In this document: positions 53,535 through 64,000 of the stretch, in pieces
Numbering within the stretch: position 1 is the stretch's first letter
How the letters are laid out: the number at the start of each line of letters is the position of its first letter
Assembly (NCBI RefSeq): GCF_009914755.1
Contig: NC_060935.1
Strand: one strand, 5' to 3'
DNA from: the human T2T-CHM13v2.0 reference genome, Homo sapiens
DNA length: 64,000 nt
Position numbers and translations under genes: made by a program
The notes under the pieces: generated by a model
What the model saw: the letters and a program-made list of their open reading frames with translations, nothing else
Told to the model about the DNA's origin: nothing
Databases searched by the model: none

Positions 53535-56500
53535 TACCAGAGAATCAGCAGTGTGCATAACCTACAGCCTATTGCAACTATGCCACAACTATTAGTCAAT
53601 TTCAAGATCTCAGGTAAACATCATCTGTTAATGTGTCTCAATAAAAAAAAAAAAAAATGATTACTGTGCTTGGGAAGGGCAGACTGTTTTTAGAGGAGAA
53701 TGATAATTCTCCACTCTGGAGATTGCCTTTCATAAAAAGGGAACACTCCTGAAACCCTTGGCCTTTGTTCATGCTATCGCTCTTCGATGACGACTGAATT
53801 TGAGAGAGGAATCATGTACATGTTCCCAGTTCATGTTCATTTACTTTTCCCTCAAGAGAAAACTGCTCACACACTCCGCTCAACTCCTTCACTCTTTAGG
53901 GTTTATAGGGTCAGGCTCTATTCCTGTGGGGTATGGAGGGGTGAAAGAAAGTTTTTACCAAGAAGTATTATAATATACTACATTGATCAGGACAGTTGGG
54001 ACATAGATGGTGAAATGTGGTTTGGGGCAAAACACATGCGAACTACCTGAGCATTTTGATATGCCCAAGGCAAAGACTTCAGTAGCCTGCAGGAAACAAT
54101 GAAGCCAGTTTTTATAGGTATTATTTTAACTTTTAACTGTTTTAACCAGGACAGAGGGAGTTAGGCCTAAGGTAAATGGAAGTGGGAATTTGTGCATTAT
54201 GGGTTAAGACAGTTTAAGGCAGCTTTGACCTCAAGCAAGTGGTTTATGCTTTTATAGAGGGAACTAAACATGCTCTGCCTTAAGAAAACAATGTTATGTA
54301 TCTGCTTATTTTAAGGAAAAGCAAGTGCCCAGCAAAGGTGTGTGTTGTGGGCCTCAGTAACTCTTGAAATGGATAGACATCAAGCCCAGGAAAGGTACAG
54401 GCAAAGGACCTCAAGAAAAAGTTTTAGGTCTCAGGTTCAGCAAAGACAGAGGATAGGGGCACTCAGACATCCACAAAGGCACCAGCCACAATTACCAAAG
54501 ATATGGGCTGGAGGAACCTCAACCAGACGATAGTAGCCTGAGAAAATGTGGATCAGGATAGGTTAATTTCATATAAAGAAGAACCCCTCCCCTTCATAGG
54601 GGGAGGGCTTTTAAGCCTAAGCAATTTTGTGCCACAAGAACATTGGATCAAGTCTGAAACTATTATATTTACATGTAGAGGAGTATTGGTGCTATATCAC
54701 TAGACACAGCCCATACTCATTTCAGCACTAGGAGATGGAAACACTGGGCTCCAAGGGAAAAGAGAAATGGCAATAAAGAGGTTTTCCAAGGTACTCAGAT
54801 GGTAGGGAAAATGCATCTCCATTATGACAGGGGATATAAATATATATTTCTAAATTTCCAAGAAGGCAGCAATGCCTTAAATGCAACATGCAAGAGAGGA
54901 GACAGTTTGTCTCAGTGATTTCCTCCCACCCCATATAGTAAATCAATAATGCTAAAATTAACCTCATTTTTGAGTTTACAAAGCACAGGTCATAGATTTT
55001 TGGACAAGGTACCAGATGACTGGCATTGTCTCTAGCCCAAAACAAAAAACCTTTTCTCCATTTTTCCTCCTTTATATAGACTCCATCAAGTCCCTGCTGT
55101 AATTCTTGGCAACATTAAGTACATAATTTTATCTGAGATAGTTTCTCTAGGGTCTGGGAATTGGATCATTTTCAAAATTTATTGGGTGTGAGCCAGTGCT
55201 GTGATGATCATGCATGTTCTGTTACCTCTTTGGATTTCTCAAAAGAGAGGCTTATAAGAGCTTCGCATTGAACAAATAAAGCTTCTAAGTTCCCAAAGGA
55301 CTCACAATCATTCCTGTGGAAGCCTGCCTGGCTTCAGCTACTGAAGGAATCCTAACTCCAGCCAGGCATGGATAATCCCTCTGGCTGAGATTAAGCTGAA
55401 TATTAACTTGGAGAGGAAATAATGAAGGCAGTCAAATAATTTGATTTTCAAATTTAATTCCTTTGAACTTTAATGTCATTGGACTTCAACCTACAAAGAG
55501 ATTTATATTTCCACCTTTATTTGTCACCCTATTTTGAGAAGCATTTGTATCTAAATTTGCAGCACTTCTAGCTTGGCATTTTATTATTAAATTATTGTAA
55601 TATTGTTACTTTATCTCTTTAAATAACCCATGAATTGACTATGCTGAGCAAAACAGCTGAATAAATTTGAGTGGAAAATAATTGCCTTGAAATGAAATCA
55701 ATTAATGTGTGGTTTGGACCAACTTCAGAGCCTTCTGGGGTCAATAGCTGTACTGCCCACTGGTGGGTCTAGGATAATATATTTTTTTAAAATAGTGGTT
55801 AATAATTTTAAAATATCTTCATGAAAGTAAAAAAACAAGACTATCCTTAGAGATGGTGGATCTGCTTACATGAAGGAGATAGTGATCCCACAGATTGGTC
55901 ATAAGCCTAATGGTTAAGCCCAATGCAATACATTAAGAGAACAAAAAGCTGGGCAATGTGAGGGGTGAGGAATGCCTCTTCTCCACTTCCAGTGTTTCCT
56001 TCCAGGTGGAGGGCATTGTTAATGTAACATTACTGACATTCCTGCCTATCAAGCAGTCCTCTCCAAAGAAGAAGTGACTGATTTCACTGGAAAGCTAAGA
56101 AGGAATAAAATGAGTGAGCTCATCTCAGTTTCTTCTTTTCTCTTTCGAAAATAATGTTGTCTTCAGAGATCATGTGCTGAAGTCTGCCCAGTCTTTCAAT
56201 AGGCATAATAGGAAATGCCCTGCGGTGGGTAGGAGGGTTGGGGATGGCATGCGGGAGGTGTTGGGTGTGTATGGGACACTAACAGTCCAGCCATGCCTCT
56301 CACTGGATGGATATGTCTTCTTATTCTGAGGTTATTTGCTGAAAGTACATTTGCCACAAATAAAGCCACATTCTCCAATATATTCTTTTTCAGTAATAAA
56401 GTTGATATATGACCTCTTGTTTGTATTATTTGGCTTATTTTCAAATGGTTTATAACTTTAGAAAAATACAGAGAGATGTTATTTATTGTACCTTCTTAAT

Positions 56501-56623
56501 TTCCCCAAAAGAGACATTTTTTTCTATTGCACATTTTCATTTTACTTATGTTATAAATTTGGTTTCCAGGACCTTACTGGTTTCAGCCATTTCATGGCAC
56601 AACAGTAAGGGAGTAAAATCTGG

Positions 56624-56980
56624 TGTCTCAGAGGCCGTTAATTGTCCTCCATATCCATTTTTCTTTATTCCTTTTAGTATTAGGACTCAAGGTGTGGCTG
56701 GGCACATAGCACCTAGCTAGAGACTACATTTCCCAGCTTCCCTTGCGTCTAGGTGTTGCAGTGTGACTAAATTGTGGTCAAAGAGAAGTGATCAGAAGTA
56801 ATATGGACACTTCTGGGGCTCTTAGAAGGAAGTTGTATGCCATAAACATCTTTCCATAGAATGGAACACAGAAATAGTGGTGGTGAGTCAGCTTCAAGTG
56901 TACAGATACAGACAATAATTCTATCAATATTACTCAATGTTGTAGTACACAAGGAGATAAGGAGCTTGCACGACAGTGGA
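56624..56980 (+). mobile_element. Old MLT1 (I/J-like) LTR fragment
   Basis: gactacatttcccagcttcccttgc...gtgtgactaaatt. Confidence 0.55.
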
Positions 56981-57184
56981 GTTCAAAATACTGCTTTCTT
57001 CACTGAGAAAGTCTAGCTAAGAAAAATAACCATCTGGACAAAGCAGTGTGCTCAGTTATGTTATTGACTTACATACTAACACAAGTTTCTTATTTTATTG
57101 CAGACTTGTAACAAAGAGTTGGTATTTTGAGCAGAATTGCTTAAGAAAATGGCATAGTAATTTAACCAAAAAATATGGGCCCCC

Positions 57185-57365
57185 TAAGCTAAATAATGTG
57201 TACACCTGGACATAGAGTGTAGAATAATAAGACACTGGAGATTCAGAACAGTAGGAGGATGGGGGGCAGGTGAGGAATGGGAAATTAATTAATGGGTACA
57301 ATGCACATTATTTGGGTGCTCGTTACACTAAAAGATTAGACGTCATCACTATGCAGTATATCCTG
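57185..57365 (+). mobile_element. L1MA/PB 3'UTR fragment
   Basis: gacactggagattcagaa...ttaatgggtacaatgcacattatttggg. Confidence 0.65.
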
Positions 57366-60300
57366 TGTACTTTGTCTTTAGGCTCTGATTAATCAATATC
57401 TAAGGGTATGTGTTAATCAGGCTCTTTGACTCACTCTTGATCTTTTTCCTATGGTCTTTGACATGAGTCTTGGGGGACAAGGAAGAAGATAAAAAGTTAC
57501 ATTACCTTCAAATTACATTAACAATAAAAAATTATGATGTAAGGGCCTTTTCCAACTCGATATTACTCAATTCCAGTAGAAGATCCTCATCTTACACAAC
57601 CATCATCATCCTTTGGCACAGTTGGCCAATCCTCCAGATAACCACACATATCCCCCCCCAACAGAGTATGTGAATGAAAACTTCCATATCCAAACATAAC
57701 CTGAATTCCTAAAGTAAATATTTGTTAACAACATAAATTATCACGATGAAGGTGGCAGTAGGTTGACTATTTAAAAAATGTATTCTTCAAACGCTCCATG
57801 GTATAATAGCTGTATTACCTAAGGGAATGTTAGACGTGAAGAATGAAGTCTAGGGCATTGAGCAAAAATGATTTCAAAACCTCCTTAATTTATAATTTAA
57901 CTACTATTATTCAATTATCAAAATTTTGGAACATCCAAAGAGGCAAGTCAAAATAATGCAACGTGAAGATCAAGGAGCCTGGAAATAGACCTCATTTGGT
58001 CTGTGTCGGGAAATTATATTTATCTAAAATAAACTAGAATTTTAGTACAGAACAGATGCATTTCTAACACATATCTTACTTTCTGTGTTTGGTTTTCTGG
58101 TTCTTTACCCCATTCCATTAGTTAGCATGGCCTAGCAAAAAGGTAACAGCTTTTAGAATTGGCAATTTTGTTTTTCTTTCTGTGGTGACACAACAGTGGA
58201 TTCTGGAGATTTTAAGCTCCTATATATACAGCAGTAACCAGAGAAGCAGAAACAGCCCCATATTTGAGGAGAGGTAGGGTTCAGTAAGCAGGTAGCCAAG
58301 CCATATAGAAACCTGTATAACCAAGGTCCAAATAAACAAGTAAGTCAGGTTCAGTAGGAAGAGTAAAAGTTGTGAGACCAATGACGGCAGAATCAAGAGA
58401 TTCAAAGTGAGAAGATTGACATGGAAAAGTCAGGCAAAATGGGCTCAGAAGTAGAACTAGTTTGAGAATCAGAAACAGAGCTGGGGCTAATGTAAAGCAA
58501 GTAAGCACTCAACTGGGGAGCAAAATTGAAGGGGACACAATGTCAGTAATCTAGAAAATAATACTTTAATGTGGTATTTTAAAAATTAAAATGCAAAATA
58601 AATCCATAAAGAACAAAATATCAAAATTTTAAGTAAAATCAGGGTCCAGCCCTGTGCTTATGCAGGCCTGCCTCACTCACCTCCCCCCAATCTTAGCCCT
58701 GTTAGACTCTGCCTTTATTTCATATTATGATATTTTGTTCTTCAAGGAGTGTTTTGCACTAATTTTGCTTTTTAAAAAATATTGCATTAAAATATTAGTT
58801 ATCTTAATTTCTGGGTTTATTTGTTCTCTCTTACGTTTTGTGCCCGAGTGCCTCACATACCTCCCCCAAGTTCCCGCCCTAGGCATGGGGTGCACATTCC
58901 TACCTTAGCCAGAGCATAGACTTTCTATGTTATCCTAGAAAAGTCATTGCTTGTGTTTTCTCTAATTCTTTAAAATGAAAGACTTAAACTGATGATCTAC
59001 AATATCCATTTCACTTCTGACATTCTCCAGGTAGTTGGAGAAGGGCGCTAGGGTGAAGGAGTGATAGTTGGGGCATTGTATAAATATGAAAATATAATTA
59101 AGCTGGGACTTGCAGAGGAAGCAGAGCTGACGGGTGAAGAGTTAGGGAGCTGCAAGGTGACAGCTGACTTCAGATGTTATCACTGAGCCTTACATTTGGG
59201 GCTTTTGTTACTCCTTTTCCTCTTGGATGCTGAGACAAACATTTACACAATTCTGGTGTGAGATGGCAAGGGACAAAAGGAGTCCCTGCGCAGCAGCTAA
59301 ATGTCACTCTAGAGCTCTGGGATTTAAAAAACAAAGAGAGCACCTGAGGATAGGAAGTCATGACTGCTCTTAGATGGGTACTAAAAAGGCTCATTTTACA
59401 TCTAGGGCCACATTCCAATGGGGCAGTCTTCAGCGTTGCACGGTTCTTCAATAATTTCTCACTCCAGTGATGATTCCTGCCTGATTATCAGTTTGGTTTT
59501 TCAGCTGAGTAGATTTCAAGCTATTGAAAAGCAATAAGGGAGCAAAGACTAGACCTCAGAGCTGAGTTACAGTGGATTTAATTGGCTATGAGACGCTCTG
59601 GCAGAGAAGGGGGAGGCAAGCAGAGCAGTCCCAGAATGCTGAAGTGTTGATGTAGCTGTAATGAGGCAGGAAGAACATTGCTTCAAGGGTGTTTCCAGAT
59701 GGGTTTATCTTGTTGAAATAAAGTCAGGAAAGACAAGAGAGAGCCCTGCAAATTGTGTTTTAATGTTTGGAAATGGCAAGGCTGCCACTAATATGTCTGC
59801 AAATTGGAGGGAGCCTGGACTAATGTGCAGCTCAGAATGTACAGGGAAAATGACCTCCCTTCCCGTCACACCTGTTCACTTTTTCTCTCCTTGCCACTCC
59901 CACTCTTGCCTTTATGACCTGGTAACAGGGATACAATGTGTTTGTTTAAGGCCATTGGACGCTAACAGCTTATCTTCACTAAAGTTCTATAGATACAGAG
60001 TGAAAGGCAAGAGATGCTGATGCTAGACAGAGGCATAACCAGGTTCTAATATATGGAGGAGTGAGTGTGGGAACAAGATATTGTTGGAAGAATAAGCTTA
60101 AATAAAAATTTTAAAGAACCACCTTTGATTACATCCTTCTCTGTCTATGCCTCACAGTCTTACTTTCACTCTACTCTAAAACAATAATGTTGTTTTTGCT
60201 GAATGTAGTAGACAGAATGCACATGTTCACTGCTATGCCCTCTTGAAATCTCACTAAAATATGTGTAAAAGCGTTTTTTTTTTTTAAAGCTATTTAAAAA

Positions 60301-61140
60301 GGAGGCAACAATCCACCTGAACTGACTCCACTATTCTGGTAGATGGAGTGTAGACACATTAACAGTTGTTGATGTAGCTGTACACAGAAGATGGAAACTT
60401 TCCTTCAGAGAAAATTCAGTAAGAAAGACGATTCACCTCTCTGCATTACAGAGTGCCATGGAAATAGGAAGAGCCAGTTATGTCTTAAGGCTTGAAAATA
60501 GTATGGCGCCAAAAATAAATGATTGAAAATATTTATAAGGTGCCCCACACTTCAGGACGCCTTCCTTAGCCCACATAGCAAGGTGATTACACCTCCTCTA
60601 CCTTTGCCAAAAATAGTCTGTTATCTAAACAATTTGAACACAAGAGTAACTGTCAGTTATAGCTGATTGCAGAAGTGAAACACAGTATTGAACATGGGAA
60701 GAAACAAGTGAAATCTTTCAGTCAAACAGTGGGGATAATCAGAATATACTCACTCACTTTACAGAGCACTGACACCCACGCTTATAAGCCCTGGTATTTG
60801 GTACGATAGAGACTATACTGAATGAACAGAGATAGAAAACATATGCTTGCTCCAATTAGATAGCAGTTCTTGTTTTTTTCCACATTAACAGATTTAAAGG
60901 AATCCTCTCTGAAGTACAATAGACCCACACCTACTGACCTCTGGAAGTTCATCAATAAGCAGCTAATTCCCCTAGTCAATCACTTTATGGTGAATTATAT
61001 CACTGAACAACTTCTGTCTTTGCAACGAAGTTTCCAGACAGCTTTTTGAATATTTTTTACCTATATATTTGAGGTAACCTCTTAAGTCAGAAACCAAAAT
61101 AAATATATTTTTTAAAAAAAGTCAAAAGGAAATACCAACG

Positions 61141-61519
61141 TAATATGGTTTGGACTTGTGTCCCCACTCAAACCTCATGTCAAATTGTAGTCCCCAGTGT
61201 TGGAGGATGGGCCTGGTAAGCAGTGATTGGATCATGGGGGCAGGTTTCCCCCTTGCTGTTCTTATGATAATGAATGAATTCTTATGAGATCTGGTTGTTT
61301 AAAAGTGTGTAGTACCTTCCCCTTTCCTCTCTTCCTTCTGCTCTGCCCATGTAAGACCTGCCTATATTTCCCTTCCACCATGATTGTAAGTTTCCTGAGG
61401 CCTCCCCAGCCATGCTTCCTGCACAGCCCACGGAACCATGATCCAATTAAACTTCTTTTCTTTATAAATTACCCAGTCTCAGGTATTTCTTTATAGCAGT
61501 GTGAGAATGGACTAATACA
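61141..61519 (+). mobile_element. MSTA-like solo LTR
   Basis: taatatggtttggacttgtgtcccc ... gtgtgagaatggactaataca. 5-bp TSD caacg/caagg. Confidence 0.88.
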
Positions 61520-62329
61520 CAAGGAAAGAAAGAAAATGTAGGGAGGAGCTAAATAAACAAGCAAATGATCATTTATACCTCCACAGAAGTAAGAGAACAT
61601 ATTTTGTCCATTAAATAAAAGACTACTATAATAATTATCAGAGAAAAAAATAAGAATTTTAGTTCTCTAGATTCTTGCCATGAAAGAATAGCTGCATAAG
61701 ACTTGCCCACCTGATGCAAATAACTCTGAAGTGGACACAACACATGAAGCAGTTGTCTTCAAGAATCGGACCATAGGCAGCTCAGTATTGTGAGCTTTGA
61801 AATGAGAGAAGCACAGAGAGAGAGCACATGTGCCAATGTTCTAGGTCTGAGGGTACACCCCTGTCTACGGTGCTGGAGACCAGGCAGAGTATGGCAGTCT
61901 TGCTAACCAAAGAATCAGTTAGTGAAGAGAGCTTCTGAAATGGCTGAAATTTTGGTGTAGGTTACTAGACAGGACAAAGCTGCAGTGTGGAGGGTACTCA
62001 GAAGCCTCTTTACCCAACGAGACCTCATCAAAGACTGGCTACACACGTGAAAAATGAGACCCTGTGAATCCCAAAAGAGAGAAGCTGATGCAGGGCAGAG
62101 ACCTAAATGAAAATGCCATAGGTCATTCAATGCCAGAATATACTGGAGGACCAATCCAGGTTAGAGTGAAGAAGTCTTGGTGAACAACTTGCTCATTCAT
62201 TTGAGATCTCAGGAAGGCTCCACATTAAGAGTCACCCCATGCCCTATTTTGAGGGATTTTCCCTATGTCTAAAATTAAAATAGATCATCCAAACAAAGAA
62301 TAAACCCAAGCCTGACATGATCAATAAAA

Positions 62330-64000
62330 TCCATCATTCTTTACCTGTATTCTGAAAGAAAAAACAAGCACTTTTTAAAAACATAACTCAATACCCCTAC
62401 CATGTATCATCAACAATTGTCCAAAATAAAATAAAAATTTGTGAGATAGTCAAAGAAGGAGGCAAATGAGACCCATAATCAAGCAAAAGAAGTCAGAAGA
62501 CACAGATATCAAAATGATCCAGTTATTAGAATTTGCAGAAAATGAAACAAGCTGATGTAAGTATGTTCTCAAGTACTTATGGAAGCTACAATGAGAGAAC
62601 ATATGGCAAAGCTCCACAGAAAAAATAGAAGCTATAATAACAAAAGAACCAAATGGAAATGAAAACTACAACTTTGAAAGAATTGAAAACCATAACCCTG
62701 AAAGAAAAAAAAAATCATAGGTTGGGCTTAACAGCAGATTTGATATTGAAAAATAAAGGATCATGAATTGGAAGTATCCAATCTCAAGAAGAGGCAAAAT
62801 AAGACTTTTTAGAAAACAAAAACCTCAGTGACTTGTGAGGTGTTAAAATAGTGTAATATATTACAATAAAACCTCAGGAAAAATAAGATAGAGAATAATT
62901 CAGGAGAAAAAAATTTGGAGAAATAATTTCTGAATTTTCCCTCAAATATAGCAAAAATTGTAAGCCTACACACCCAAGAAGCTCAGAAAATACCTAAAAA
63001 TATAAATGCAAAAAATCATAGTAGGATTTTTTTTTAATCTGCTGAAAACCAAGCCTGCTGAAAAGCAGCCAAAGGGAAATGATACTTTATATACAGAGGG
63101 ATTATTATATAAATTACAGCTGTCTCAAATCAGAAAAAATGATGATCAGAAAAAAAAAGGTGTAACCATTTAAAAGCACTCAGAGATAAAACAAACAAAC
63201 AAACAAAACTCTTTAGAGCAACGAATTCATTTCCTAGGCCTACCGTAACAAACTACCACAAACTGGGTGGCTTAACACAACAGATGGCCACAGTTCTGGA
63301 AGCAGAAATCTCAAACCAAGGTGTTGGCAGGGTTGCTTCCTTTTGGAGGGAATAATGGAAAAGCCGTTCTATGCCTCTCTCCTAGCTCCAGGTGATTGCC
63401 AGCAATCCTTGGCATTCCTTAGCTTATAGACACCTCACTCCCATGTCTGCCTCCATCTTCCCATGGTGTTCTCTGTGTATTTCTCTGCATCCCCTCCTCT
63501 TCTGATAAGGAAGTCAGTCATAGGATTTGGGGCTCATCTTAAATCCAAGATGATTTTATCTGCAGATCCCCAATTAGTTGCATCTGCGAAGAAACTACTC
63601 CCGAAGAAAGTCACATTCTGAGGTTCCAGGTCACATGAATTTTGGGCGGATACGACTCAGCCCACTACAATCCAGAATTCTACATTCAGCCAAAATGGTT
63701 TTCAAAGATGAGACAAAATTAAAGACATTTTCAGGTAACGAAGCTGAAATAATTCTTTGCCAGCAAACTTGTACTACGAGAAATAAGGAAAACTCTTCAG
63801 ATAGAATGAAAATAATACCAGATAAAAAATCAGAACTACAACACGAAATGGAGATGACTAACATGGTAAATATACGGGTAACTATGCAGGACTATGTATG
63901 TTTTTTCTTCTCCTAACAATCTTTAATAGACAACTGACTGCTTGGTAACATTTTATTGTGAAGTTAATAACATATGCAGAAGTAAAATACATGACAAAAA
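62330..64000 (+). mobile_element. Old L1M ORF1 region (probably extends upstream to ~60200), interrupted by MLT1C
   Basis: aaaagaaccaaatggaaat, gggcttaacagcagatt, ccaagaagctcag, ccagaattctacattcagccaaaat. Confidence 0.65.
63225..63669 (-). mobile_element. MLT1C-like MaLR LTR
   Basis: gtaacaaactaccacaaactgggtggcttaa ... gtcacattctgaggttccagg ... cagcccactaca. Confidence 0.8.

Noticed and set aside
54584-54612. GC hairpin followed by a T-run resembling an intrinsic terminator
   Set aside because: Eukaryotic DNA and a short stem expected by chance.
55300-55760. Possible conserved non-coding element (homeobox-like TAAT motifs)
   Set aside because: Conservation cannot be judged from one sequence, and such motifs are expected in AT-rich DNA.

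Overview
Primate, almost certainly human, non-coding and repeat-rich DNA with no recognisable host protein-coding exon. The long ORFs are L1 ORF1/ORF2 remnants and the rest look like chance ORFs. Repeats include old L1M/L1MA/L1MC, two young minus-strand L1PA copies, four Alus, an MST provirus carrying a nested MER41B LTR, further LTRs, DNA-transposon fossils and microsatellites. Notable items: (1) the near full-length L1PA at 34745-40372 is a spliced retrocopy with the exact SpIRE97/622 junction; (2) an AluJ apparently retrotransposed together with ~260 bp of 3' flank; (3) a TSD-flanked retrocopy of an mRNA 3'UTR, CANX-like by recall; (4) a MER41B keeping both STAT GAS motifs, a palindromic ISRE/EICE pair and a GATA/ETS/RUNX cluster; (5) several templated-insertion or fold-back scars and a short interstitial telomeric repeat. 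I found no convincing wholly new biological system. Repeat names come from recalled consensus sequences, and boundaries of old repeats are approximate.
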